The translations under genes and the position numbers were made by a program. Positions 1-8,877 of a DNA stretch of 64,000 nt are shown here, piece after piece. The stretch spans positions 200,018 through 264,017 of the forward strand of contig JBGAIM010000006.1 in NCBI GenBank assembly GCA_044225555.1. Reading direction: 5' to 3'. How positions within the stretch are numbered: position 1 is the stretch's first letter; each line of letters starts with the position of its first letter. The notes beneath the pieces were generated by a model, which was not told the DNA's origin, searched no databases, and saw nothing but the letters and a program-made list of their open reading frames with translations. This stretch comes from Limisphaerales bacterium (GTDB lineage: Bacteria; Verrucomicrobiota; Verrucomicrobiia; Limisphaerales; JADLHS01).

Positions 1-1039
1 CACGTCCATCATGGACGAACATCAGGCCGTGCGCACGGCGGCGGGCATCTTCGACATTTCGCACATGGGCGAAGTGACGGTGAGTGGCAACGGCGCAGTG
101 CAATATCTGAATCGGGTTCTCACCAACGATATTCGCAAACTGACGCCGGGGCAGGGCCAATACACCTTGATGTGCAATGGTCGTGGCGGCGTGATTGATG
201 ATCTCTACGCGTACTGCCTGTCCAACAGCGTTTATTTTCTCGTCATCAACGCGTCGCGCATTGATCCCGACATCGCCTGGTTGCACGCGCAGGCGGGGTT
301 CGCCGGGAGCGCGGATGTTTCGGTCAGCGATGCGTCGCACAATTATGACGCGGTGGCGGTGCAGGGGCCGCGCGCTAAGGAGTTCATTGATCAGTGCATT
401 CCCGGGGCTTCCACCTCCGCCATGCGCGTGGCCAAGATCACCGATTTGAAGAAGAACGAGATCGGGGGATTTCCGTTCGGCGGGGCGAACGTGATGATCT
501 CACGAACGGGTTACACCGGGGAGGACGGATTTGAAATCGTCGGACGCAACGATTCGATCGCGAAAGTGTGGGATAAAATGCTCGAAGTGGGAAAGCCGTT
601 CGGGATCAAACCGTGCGGCTTGGGTGCCCGGGATACGTTGCGCACGGAAGTTTGTTATCCGCTCTACGGTCATGAACTCGATGAAGCAACCACGCCCATC
701 GAAGCCGGGCTGGGATTTTTTGTTTCGTTCGACAAGGGCGATTTTATCGGGCGCGCGGTCATGGCCGAACAGAAGGCGCAGGGAGTGAAAAAGAAATGCG
801 TGGCGTTCAAGATGACGGAGAAGTGCGCTCCGCCACGACCGCAGTATCCCATCTGGGCGAATGGCAAGGCGGTGGGGCAGGTCGTCAGCGGCACGCAAAG
901 TCCCTCGCTCGGCGTCGGCATTGGCATGGGCTACGTGCCGCCGGAGCTTGCGAAGGTCGGAACGGCGATCGAGGTCGAAGCGCGCGGCAAACGCGCGCCG
1001 GCACTCGTGGTGCCGAAGCCAATTTACAAGCGGAGTTGA
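1..1039 (+). CDS. gcvT: Glycine cleavage system aminomethyltransferase (T protein), 5'-truncated by window edge
   Basis: The ORF 11..1039 protein has GcvT hallmarks (AGIFDISHMGE, SRTGYTGEDGFEI, GLGARDTLRTE). The usual first ~30-40 aa are absent, so the gene runs off the left edge. Confidence 0.9.
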   Translation, partial: TSIMDEHQAVRTAAGIFDISHMGEVTVSGNGAVQYLNRVLTNDIRKLTPGQGQYTLMCNGRGGVIDDLYAYCLSNSVYFLVINASRIDPDIAWLHAQAGFAGSADVSVSDASHNYDAVAVQGPRAKEFIDQCIPGASTSAMRVAKITDLKKNEIGGFPFGGANVMISRTGYTGEDGFEIVGRNDSIAKVWDKMLEVGKPFGIKPCGLGARDTLRTEVCYPLYGHELDEATTPIEAGLGFFVSFDKGDFIGRAVMAEQKAQGVKKKCVAFKMTEKCAPPRPQYPIWANGKAVGQVVSGTQSPSLGVGIGMGYVPPELAKVGTAIEVEARGKRAPALVVPKPIYKRS

Positions 1040-1069
1040 TGGTGCGGTGCTGCCCGCTCCCTTTTCCGC

Positions 1070-2512
1070 GTGCAATCGAAACAACGCCCTTGCCTTTGCG
1101 AGGTCGCGAACGCTATAAGGTCTGCCACCGTGAATCCCAAAACCGTTTTTTGCCTGGCTGGCTGCCAATTTCAGGTCGTGCGCCGGCTGGTTGATTCCAC
1201 TTTTCGCCGCCGCCTTTTCCATCCGGGCTGGCTGGTGGCCATGCTGGTCAGCATGTTGGCCGTTGTCTCGAGCCCGGCGCAAAATCGCGTGTTGGAACTG
1301 GATGGCAACGGCAGTTACGTCGAGTTGCCCAACAACATTTTTCAGAATCTTACAGAGGCGACGGTGGAAGTCTGGGCCAAGTGGGATCGTTTTGGCAGTT
1401 ACTCCCGCGTCTTTGAATTTGGTGCGAGCTGGCAGGCCATGAGCGTGTTCAATCAGGGCACCTCGTCTGATTTGCGCTTCAATCTTTATCCGCAGCGAGC
1501 GCAAAACAATCCCGCGCTGATGTATTACGCGCGCGCCAATAACGCACTGCGCCTCGGTGAGTGGATTCATATCGCGGCGGTGTCGGGGCCGGGAGGCATG
1601 AAGCTTTATCTCAACGGTGGCTTGGTCGCGACGCATACCAACGAAGCCTGCCTGGCCAATATCAAGACGGAGCAACTCAATTTGTTCGGGCGTGGTCTGG
1701 TGCGGAATCCTGATGATCGGGATTTTCTGGGCCAGATGGATGAAGTCCGCGTGTGGAATTATCGCCGGACGGACGAGCAAATTCGGGACAACATGAATCG
1801 CCGCCTCTCAGGGCGCGAGGAAGGACTCGTGGGCTTGTGGAATTTTGAGGATGGTCTGGCCACGGATGCTTCTCCGGGTGCGCACCATGGCAAACTGGTT
1901 GGCAAGGCGCGCGTGGTGACGCCGAGTTTGCCGGCGGGGTTGCAATTGATCGCGGCGGAACTGGTTCCGCCACCGCCGCAGGCGACATCCGTAGTCGCAA
2001 GTGTGCCTCCCCAAACAAACCGGGAAGTGCTGTACTGGTGGGCGGGCGGCGCCTTGACGTTGATTGTCGCGTTGCTTGCAGGGTTGGTCCTGAAGTTCCG
2101 ACGACGAGGCTCCAATTTGGCCGCTCTCGCGGCTCCGACGCAGCCGGAGGCGATTGCGGGCCCCAATACCAAATCATTGAATGCCGGAGACGAACTGAAA
2201 GAACGCGCGCTGGCAGAGCTTACGGAATTTGCCAAGCAAAGCCTCGTGCAGGGACTTTACTCGCAACGCGAAGCGCTCCTGGAAGCGCAGAAGAAAGCAC
2301 ATCGCGAGCTGGCCGAAATGGAGGCGCGCTTGCTCGCACTCAATCTGCCCGAGCGAATCCTGGCTTATGAGAAACGCATTCTCGAACTGGAGCGGGAACT
2401 CGATGCTCGCTCTGGTGAACTGCGGGAGGTGACCAACGCCACCTTGTCGTTGTTGCGTCAGAAGGTGGAAGAAGAGCGACAACGCGAGCGGGCGATGAAT
2501 CGGTTCAATTGA
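1070..2512 (+). CDS. LamG (concanavalin-A-like) domain protein with a single TM helix and a charged coiled-coil-like C-terminal tail
   Basis: LamG/Laminin_G_3-like pattern: LELDGNGSYVELP, EVWAKW, GEWIHIAAV, KLYLNG, MDEVRVWN. One hydrophobic helix (WWAGGALTLIVALLAGLVL) is followed by RRRG and a ~130-aa E/R/L/A-rich tail. The GTG start at 1070 is uncertain; an ATG near 1240 is an alternative. Confidence 0.6.
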   Translation: MQSKQRPCLCEVANAIRSATVNPKTVFCLAGCQFQVVRRLVDSTFRRRLFHPGWLVAMLVSMLAVVSSPAQNRVLELDGNGSYVELPNNIFQNLTEATVEVWAKWDRFGSYSRVFEFGASWQAMSVFNQGTSSDLRFNLYPQRAQNNPALMYYARANNALRLGEWIHIAAVSGPGGMKLYLNGGLVATHTNEACLANIKTEQLNLFGRGLVRNPDDRDFLGQMDEVRVWNYRRTDEQIRDNMNRRLSGREEGLVGLWNFEDGLATDASPGAHHGKLVGKARVVTPSLPAGLQLIAAELVPPPPQATSVVASVPPQTNREVLYWWAGGALTLIVALLAGLVLKFRRRGSNLAALAAPTQPEAIAGPNTKSLNAGDELKERALAELTEFAKQSLVQGLYSQREALLEAQKKAHRELAEMEARLLALNLPERILAYEKRILELERELDARSGELREVTNATLSLLRQKVEEERQRERAMNRFN

Positions 2513-2611
2513 AACGAGTTGGTCCGGGCGGCGCCCTGAGCCAGGCGCAGCGAGAAGCAGTCTTCCAACTTTCAGCTTTCAAACTCCTGCATCCGCCGCC
2601 TAAGCTGCGGG

Positions 2612-3631
2612 ATGGCATCCAAGGTGAGAGTCGCCGTTCTCGGCACCGGTTCGCTCGGCAAGGAACACGTCCGCATCTACGCGCAACTGGTCGCGTCCCG
2701 TCAGGCGGAACTGGTCGGCCTTTACGACACCAACCACGAGATCGCCCGCCACATCGCGTCCAAACATCATACGCACGCGCTGGGTTCGGTGGAGGATGCC
2801 ATCGAGGACGCTGAAGCGATCAGCATCGTCACACCCACCGTCACACATTTTGAGCTGGCCAAAAAATGCCTCGAGCAGGGCAAACACGTGCTGATCGAGA
2901 AGCCCATGACTGACGATGCGGCGGAAGCCGCGGAACTCGTCCGGCTGGCACAGGAAAAGAATTGCGTGCTTCAGGTCGGGCATGTCGAACGGTTCAATCC
3001 GGTGTTCAACTATCTCGAAACCGTCGCTACCCAACCGCGCTTCATTGAAACGCATCGGCTCTCGCCTTATCCGGCGCGTAGCACGGACATCGGCGTGGTG
3101 CTCGATCTCATGATTCATGATCTCGATGTGGTGCTCGCGTTTGTAAAATCACCCGTAACCAGCGTGGATGCGGTGGGCATTCCCGTGTTAAGCAAGTCCG
3201 AAGACATCGCCAATGCGCGGCTGCGCTTCGCCAATGGCTGTGTGGCCAATCTCACCGTGAGCCGAATCAGTCCCGAACGGATGCGCAAGATCCGCGTCTT
3301 CAGCGGCCCGGAGAACACCTGTTACATCTCGCTCGATTATCGCGCGCAGGAAGGGTTCATCTACCGCATCGCGCGCGATGGCGAAGAGGAAAGTTCGTTG
3401 CTCAAGAAACTCCTGGCCTCGCGCGACTCCACGATCGTGAGCGAATTCGCTGGCAAACGCATCGTGCGCGAGCCGGTGCCGATTGCAAAAGACGAACCAC
3501 TCAAGCTGGAGTTGCAACACTTTGTCGAGTGCGTGCGTGAGAAGTTGACCCCACGAGTCAGTGGCGAATCGGCGAAGGCGGCCTTGGATTTGGCGTTCGA
3601 GATCACGCGGCAGGTGCAGATGAGCAAGTAA
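2612..3631 (+). CDS. Gfo/Idh/MocA family NAD(P)-dependent oxidoreductase (possible sugar-nucleotide dehydrogenase of the lipid-A block)
   Basis: N-terminal Rossmann motif VAVLGTGSLGKEH and the family EKP motif (LIEKPMT). Sits two genes upstream of lpxB. Confidence 0.8.
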   Translation: MASKVRVAVLGTGSLGKEHVRIYAQLVASRQAELVGLYDTNHEIARHIASKHHTHALGSVEDAIEDAEAISIVTPTVTHFELAKKCLEQGKHVLIEKPMTDDAAEAAELVRLAQEKNCVLQVGHVERFNPVFNYLETVATQPRFIETHRLSPYPARSTDIGVVLDLMIHDLDVVLAFVKSPVTSVDAVGIPVLSKSEDIANARLRFANGCVANLTVSRISPERMRKIRVFSGPENTCYISLDYRAQEGFIYRIARDGEEESSLLKKLLASRDSTIVSEFAGKRIVREPVPIAKDEPLKLELQHFVECVREKLTPRVSGESAKAALDLAFEITRQVQMSK

Positions 3632-3643
3632 TATCGAATAGTC

Positions 3644-4300
3644 ATGGCCGAATCAAAACCTACCCGCCGACCTTTAACTTCACGCAACACGAAGTGGGCG
3701 GCGACCCTGGCTGGTTGGCTGGCGAAACGACGCATTCAACCCAACGCGATTTCGGTGATGAGTCTCGTGTTCGCGAGCTCTGCAGGGCTGGCATTGATTG
3801 GCGCGGGCTCCGTCAGCGGGATGTGGAGAGGACTTTTGTTTTTACTCGCGGCAGGGCTAATTCAATTGCGACTGCTCTGTAATCTTCTCGATGGGATGGT
3901 GGCGGTGGAGGGCGGATTCAAAACGAAATCTGGCGAGATTTACAATGAACTGCCGGACCGGATTGCGGACGTGATGATTCTCGCAGGTGCGGGTTATGCA
4001 CAACCCTCGTCGCCTTGGTTGCAAACGCTGGGCTGGATGGCGGCGGCATTGGCAGTGATCACGGCGTATGTGCGGGCGCTCGGTGCGTCAGTGGGGACAC
4101 AACAGTATTTCCTTGGTCCGATGGCCAAGCCGCATCGTATGGCGACGCTAACGGTGGCGTGTGTGTTGATGGCGGCGTTGGGGTTCGTTCGCAAGCCGAT
4201 TGATTTGATTCAACCCGCGTTGATCATCATTTGCCTGGGTTGTCTGGTGACGATTGCCCGTCGCGTTGTTCGCATTGTGCGGGAGTTGGAATCCAAATGA
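3644..4300 (+). CDS. CDP-alcohol phosphatidyltransferase family membrane protein
   Basis: Family motif D-G-x2-A...G-x3-D-x3-D is seen as LLDGMVAVEGG...SGEIYNELPDRIADV. Several hydrophobic helices. Its stop overlaps the lpxB start (ATGA). Confidence 0.75.
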   Translation: MAESKPTRRPLTSRNTKWAATLAGWLAKRRIQPNAISVMSLVFASSAGLALIGAGSVSGMWRGLLFLLAAGLIQLRLLCNLLDGMVAVEGGFKTKSGEIYNELPDRIADVMILAGAGYAQPSSPWLQTLGWMAAALAVITAYVRALGASVGTQQYFLGPMAKPHRMATLTVACVLMAALGFVRKPIDLIQPALIIICLGCLVTIARRVVRIVRELESK

Positions 4301-5502
4301 AGCCGCTTTCCTTTATGCTCATTGCGGGTGAGGCCAGCGGGGATTTGCTGGCGGCGGAACTAGTGGGCGAGTTGCGGCAGCAGGTGGTCGCTCGGTTACA
4401 GGACTCGACGTCCGATGTGCAACCGTTGCGAACCGCGCTCGCGCCGCGATTCTTTGGCGCCGGTGGGCCCAAAATGGCGGCGGCGGGGGTGGAACTGGCG
4501 TTTGATCTGACGCAGCACTCGGTGATTGGTTTTGCCGAGGTGCTCAAGAACCTCGGAAAGTTCCGACGGCTGTTTCGTCAGTTGCTGCGCCTGGCAATTG
4601 AACGACAGCCGGACGTGATCATGGGAGTGGACTACGGCGGATTCAATCTGCGGTTCGGCAGGGCGATCAAGAATTATGTCCGGAGGCATCACAGCCAGTT
4701 TGCTCCATGGAATCCAAAGTTGGTGCAATTTGTCTCGCCGCAGGTGTGGGCGTCGCGTCCGGCGAGGGCACAGACGTTGGCGGACAATTACGATCTGCTG
4801 CTGAGTATTTTCCCGTTCGAGAAGGAATGGTATGCGCGGCGGGTGCCGAAATTGCGCGTGGAGTTTGTGGGACATCCGATGATCGGGAGAATGCCGAACG
4901 CCGAGTGCGGAGTGCGGAGTGCGGAACCTAAACCGCAGTGTGTCGTGCTGTTGCCCGGGAGTCGGGCGGATGAGGTGCGGCGGCATTGGCCGGTGGTGGT
5001 GGGCGCCTTTGAATTATTGCGACGGGAATTACCGACGCTAAGCGGCAAGATGATTTTCCCGAACGAGGCCTTGGTTGAAGCCACGAAGAATTCCGGAATG
5101 CCCGCCGGATTGGAAATACAAGTTGGTGGGCTGGCTGAGGCGCTTGCACAAGCTGATCTGGCCATCGCCAAGTCCGGGACGATCACGATGGAATGCGCGG
5201 CGTTCGGCGTGCCGGCGGTGGTGTTCTACAAAACGTCCTGGCCGACCTACGCCATTGGCAAACAAATCGTGACGGTGAAATATGTCGCAATGCCGAACTT
5301 GCTGGCCGGCGAGGCGGTTTATCCGGAGTTCATTCAACATGCGGCCACGCCGGAGAATATTTCGCGCGCGGCGCTGGAATTGTTGCGCGATGAGGTGCGA
5401 CGAAATGGGGTGAAGGCCAGGCTTGCCCAAGTCATCTCGTCGCTCGGTGGGCCGGGCGCGACGGGGCGGGCAGCGAAAGCCATCGTTCGTTTGTTGCCGT
5501 GA
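4297..5502 (+). CDS. lpxB: Lipid-A-disaccharide synthase
   Basis: Motifs MLIAGEASGDLLAAELV, FVSPQVWASR, VGHPM, LLPGSR, KSGTITMECA. The ATG at 4297 overlaps the upstream TGA. The longer ORF from 4231 is judged an upstream extension. Confidence 0.9.
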   Translation: MKPLSFMLIAGEASGDLLAAELVGELRQQVVARLQDSTSDVQPLRTALAPRFFGAGGPKMAAAGVELAFDLTQHSVIGFAEVLKNLGKFRRLFRQLLRLAIERQPDVIMGVDYGGFNLRFGRAIKNYVRRHHSQFAPWNPKLVQFVSPQVWASRPARAQTLADNYDLLLSIFPFEKEWYARRVPKLRVEFVGHPMIGRMPNAECGVRSAEPKPQCVVLLPGSRADEVRRHWPVVVGAFELLRRELPTLSGKMIFPNEALVEATKNSGMPAGLEIQVGGLAEALAQADLAIAKSGTITMECAAFGVPAVVFYKTSWPTYAIGKQIVTVKYVAMPNLLAGEAVYPEFIQHAATPENISRAALELLRDEVRRNGVKARLAQVISSLGGPGATGRAAKAIVRLLP

Positions 5503-5756
5503 AAGACCTGAGTCCAACGTGGATCAAGGTGAAGGGGATTCTCTTCCTGCTGCTCGGTATCGCGGCAGCAACGTTGTTGATTCTGGAGCATCCAAGCTGG
5601 AAGGTTGCCGGCCTGCTTGCGCTGGCCATCTGGTGCTTCTGCCGGTTCTACTACTTCGCGTTCTATGTCATCGAAAAGTATGTGGACTCGAGCTTCAAGT
5701 TTTCCGGCCTTTGGTCGTTCTGCCGCTACCTGATGCGGAAACGGCCCAAACCGTGA
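5499..5756 (+). CDS. Small hypothetical membrane protein (2 predicted TM helices)
   Basis: 85-aa ORF with two hydrophobic stretches (ILFLLLGIAAATLLIL, VAGLLALAIWCFC). The GTG start overlaps the lpxB stop (GTGA), which suggests coupling. No family recognised. Confidence 0.45.
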   Translation: MKDLSPTWIKVKGILFLLLGIAAATLLILEHPSWKVAGLLALAIWCFCRFYYFAFYVIEKYVDSSFKFSGLWSFCRYLMRKRPKP

Positions 5757-5812
5757 GGCAGCCCTCCCAAAAGCCTTGTTTTGCGGCATCCGGTGTGCTG
5801 CAATCAGCCCCG

Positions 5813-6145
5813 ATGCAGCAGTTGGTTCGCAGGTATGTCCGCTCGTCCAGACCCGCCTTTGCCGGTCTGATGGCGGCGATTGTCCTCGTGCTGGCGTTGT
5901 TTGCGTCGAGTGAGAAGCTTCATCTCACGGTTCACCAGAACTCGGATGCTCCGCATCATCTGCCGTGCGCGGTTTGTTCCTTTGCGCAGGGGCAGCTCGA
6001 GATCCCGGTGGCGACTGTGTCTGAAGTCTTTGCCGCTTTGTCCCTCTCATGGACAATTCCTTCCCTGCAAACCGCATTGCCGCCGGAGATTGATTTCTCG
6101 GTCGCGTCGAGCCGCGGTCCGCCCCTTTCCGTTTCTTCCCTGTAA
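5813..6145 (+). CDS. Small exported Cys/His protein, paralog A (DUF2946-like by recollection)
   Basis: ATG at 5813 inside ORF 5423..6145. N-terminal hydrophobic helix, HxxxH...HHLPCAVC motif, C-terminal SRGPP. Aligns with the 10326..10652 product. Confidence 0.5.
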   Translation: MQQLVRRYVRSSRPAFAGLMAAIVLVLALFASSEKLHLTVHQNSDAPHHLPCAVCSFAQGQLEIPVATVSEVFAALSLSWTIPSLQTALPPEIDFSVASSRGPPLSVSSL

Positions 6146-6232
6146 TTCGTTGTTCGTTGTCGTTGGTCCGGCCCGTGTGGGCTGGAGCCTGTTCAAACCT
6201 TTAATTGGCGTGCCCATTGGTGTGGTCACGCC

Positions 6233-7801
6233 GTGATGAACCGTGGAAGAAATGCTATGAAATTAAATTTGGTGAAGTGGTTGAGTGTGATGGGAGCGGT
6301 GGTCGTGAGTGCGGCCTCGGCGCAAGAAACAAATGAAGTGGAGCAGTTGAAGCGCGAGTTGCGCGAGATGCGCGAGCAGATGCGGCGCATGGAGCAGAAA
6401 CTCGAAACGATCGAGCAAAAACCGCCGGTGGCGGCGGTCGCTCCGGCGGAGAAACCGGTGGCAGTTGCCCCACCTGTTGAATCGCCAGCGTCCAGCGTTA
6501 CCAAGCCGTGGTCGCCGAGCGATCCGATTCGTGTCGGCAAGGGCGGCACCTATGCGGAGATCGGTCTGGTTGGGACCTTCGCGGCGGGTGGTTCGACGGC
6601 GAAGGACATCCAGGGTGGCACGCAATTGGGCGGGCACGATCCGAACCAAAACGGCTTCACGGTTCAGGGCGTGGAGATGAACTTGCAGGGCGCCGTGGAT
6701 CCGTATTTCCGCGCCAATGCCAACATCCTGTTCTCGATTGATGCGGAAGGGGAATCGTTCCTCGAAGTGGAGGAGGCCTGGATGGAGACCGTTTCGCTGC
6801 CGTGGAATCTACAGCTTCGTGCTGGTGAAATTCTCACGGACTTCGGTCGCATCAACACGCAGCATCCGCACTCGTGGGGATTTGTGGATTCACCGCTGGT
6901 CGGCGCCCGGCTGCTGGGGCCGGATGGCTTGCGGAATCCGGGAGCGCGGCTGGCGTGGCTCGCGCCCACGCCGTTTTACACCGAGCTGTCGGTCGGCATT
7001 CAGGACAGCCAGGGCGAGCACGCATCAAGCTTTCGCAACTCGGACGCCAATCATGGTGAACTGGGGACTGATGCTTTACCGCCGGACAACGCCGGGTTGC
7101 CCTACGGTTATCGGAATGCCGCCAATGATCGCGGTGTAAACGGACTGGGTGATTTGCTGATTACGCCGCGCCTGACCACGTCGTTTGAACTGACGGATTC
7201 GCAGACGCTGGTGCTGGGCGGATCGGCGGCGCTGGGGCCGAACAGCAGTGGCAGCAGCGGTGACACGATGACGCAGGTTTACGGCCTGGACATTTATTGG
7301 AAATGGAAACCGGCGAATGCCCACGGCGGTTTCCCGTTTGTGTCCTTCCAGACCGAACCGATGGTGATGCGCTATCAACTGGGTGCGTATGACTGGGATT
7401 TGAATGGCAACGGCGCGGCCGATCCTGGCGAACTCGTGAACCCGGCCATCGGGTTGCCGGCGGTGTTGTCCCGGGAAACCGTTACCGACTGGGGTTTCTA
7501 TTCGCAGGTGCTCTACGGTTTCAGCAAGGGCTGGGTGGCCGGTTTGCGCGGTGACTACGTGACGGGCAGCCTGGGGAACTACGAACAACTCGCGCTGACG
7601 CTGGATGGCAATCCCGTCGGGCGCGACCAGTTACGCCGCGAGCGCTGGCGGCTGTCACCGAACCTGACCTGGTATCCGAGTGAATTCTCGAAAATCCGGC
7701 TGCAATACAATTACGACAACCGCGCCGACCTCGGCATCGATCACTCGGTGTGGTTGCAGTTTGAATTCCTGCTGGGTGCGCACGCGGCGCACAAGTTTTA
7801 A
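6233..7801 (+). CDS. Putative outer-membrane beta-barrel protein/porin with an N-terminal coiled coil
   Basis: Signal peptide (VMGAVVVSAASAQE) and a coiled-coil EQLKRELREMREQMRRMEQKLETIEQ. Gly/aromatic-rich alternating body and a terminal aromatic residue (...GAHAAHKF). The start may be the ATG at 6257. Confidence 0.55.
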   Translation: MMNRGRNAMKLNLVKWLSVMGAVVVSAASAQETNEVEQLKRELREMREQMRRMEQKLETIEQKPPVAAVAPAEKPVAVAPPVESPASSVTKPWSPSDPIRVGKGGTYAEIGLVGTFAAGGSTAKDIQGGTQLGGHDPNQNGFTVQGVEMNLQGAVDPYFRANANILFSIDAEGESFLEVEEAWMETVSLPWNLQLRAGEILTDFGRINTQHPHSWGFVDSPLVGARLLGPDGLRNPGARLAWLAPTPFYTELSVGIQDSQGEHASSFRNSDANHGELGTDALPPDNAGLPYGYRNAANDRGVNGLGDLLITPRLTTSFELTDSQTLVLGGSAALGPNSSGSSGDTMTQVYGLDIYWKWKPANAHGGFPFVSFQTEPMVMRYQLGAYDWDLNGNGAADPGELVNPAIGLPAVLSRETVTDWGFYSQVLYGFSKGWVAGLRGDYVTGSLGNYEQLALTLDGNPVGRDQLRRERWRLSPNLTWYPSEFSKIRLQYNYDNRADLGIDHSVWLQFEFLLGAHAAHKF

Positions 7802-7835
7802 CCACGAAGGGACACGAATTAACACGAACCCAATT

Positions 7836-8744
7836 ATGAAAAAACTTTTGCTGGGAACTTTGGCCGCGTTGCTTGCGCTTGGTGCGCAGGCGAAGTTGAA
7901 CGTGGTTGTCACCACCCCTGACCTGGCGGCCATTGCCAGGGAAGTTGGCGGCGACAAGACTGAAATCACCACGCTGGCGCGGCCCACGGAGGATCCGCAT
8001 TTCGTGGATGCGAAGCCCAGCTTCATCGTGAAGCTCAACCGGGCCGATGCGCTGCTGGAGGGCGGTGCGGAACTCGAAGTCGGCTGGCTGCCGACGCTCG
8101 TGCAGGGGGCGCGCAACGAAAAAATCCAGACCGGCCAGCCCGGGCGGATTCTGGGCAACCAGGGCATCGCCATGCGCGAAGTGCCGACAACGTTGGACCG
8201 TTCGCAGGGCGACATCCACGCGGCGGGCAATCCGCATTACCTCGTGGACCCGGAGAATGTGAAGATTGTCGCGCAGCACCTCGCGGCGGCGTTTGGTCAG
8301 TTGGATGCGGCGAACGGCGGGTTCTACAGCGCGAATGCCTCCAAGTTCATCGCCGCCCTCGACGCGAAGCTTGCCGGCTGGCAGGCGCAACTTGCACCCT
8401 TCAAGGGACAGCACGTCGTCGCGTATCACAACTCGTGGGTTTACTTCGCAGAACGGTTTGGGTTTAAGATTGATTTGTTCCTCGAACCCAAGCCAGGCAT
8501 TCCGCCGTCGCCCGCGCACCTGGCTTCCATCATCACGAAGATGAAAGAGGAAAAAGCACGCGTCATCATTGTTGATCCCTATCTGAATCGCAAAACCGCC
8601 GAGACCGTGGCGCGCAGCACGGACGCGACGGTCGTGGACGTGGCGCAATTCCCGGGCGGAGTGAAAGGCACGGACGGCGGCTACATCGCGTTGATGGATT
8701 ACCTGGTGAATTCACTGGCGAAGGCGATGGGCGAGAAGAAATGA
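7836..8744 (+). CDS. Metal ABC transporter substrate-binding protein, ZnuA/TroA family
   Basis: Signal peptide MKKLLLGTLAALLALGAQA and motifs VVTTPDLAAIAREVGGD, EDPHFVDAKPS, GNPHYLVDP, typical of cluster-9 (ZnuA-type) binding proteins. The true start is an ATG inside ORF 7680..8744. Confidence 0.8.
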   Translation: MKKLLLGTLAALLALGAQAKLNVVVTTPDLAAIAREVGGDKTEITTLARPTEDPHFVDAKPSFIVKLNRADALLEGGAELEVGWLPTLVQGARNEKIQTGQPGRILGNQGIAMREVPTTLDRSQGDIHAAGNPHYLVDPENVKIVAQHLAAAFGQLDAANGGFYSANASKFIAALDAKLAGWQAQLAPFKGQHVVAYHNSWVYFAERFGFKIDLFLEPKPGIPPSPAHLASIITKMKEEKARVIIVDPYLNRKTAETVARSTDATVVDVAQFPGGVKGTDGGYIALMDYLVNSLAKAMGEKK

Positions 8745-8762
8745 TGCGCGTCATTCCGTCAG

Positions 8763-8847
8763 GTCTTGGACTGCGCCAGCCCTCTGGCGCTTTGGGCATA
8801 GCAGGCTCACGAACAAAAAGCGGCAGGGGACTGCCGCAGTCCAAGAC
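8763..8847. repeat. Structured palindromic intergenic element (REP/MITE-like)
   Basis: 13-nt perfect inverted arms GTCTTGGACTGCG (8763-8775) and CGCAGTCCAAGAC (8835-8847). They enclose two internal hairpins: GCGCCAG-CCCT-CTGGCGC (8773-8790) and GGCAG-GGGA-CTGCC (8822-8835). Confidence 0.5.
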
Positions 8848-8877
8848 GCTCTGCGATGAATCAAACCGAACTGAATT

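Noticed and set aside
1-10. Glycine riboswitch expected upstream of gcvT
   Set aside because: The gcvT 5' end and leader lie outside the window, so this cannot be assessed.
500-1780. 426-aa minus-strand ORF opposite gcvT and the LamG gene
   Set aside because: It is antisense to two well-supported genes and its product is Arg/Ala/Pro/His-rich with no motifs. This is a typical shadow ORF of a GC-rich genome.
5423-5812. N-terminal 130 codons of ORF 5423..6145, overlapping the lpxB 3' end and the 5499-5756 ORF
   Set aside because: The region overlaps two better-supported reading frames and translates to Arg/Gly-rich sequence. The hydrophobic N-terminus and the paralog alignment begin at the ATG at 5813.
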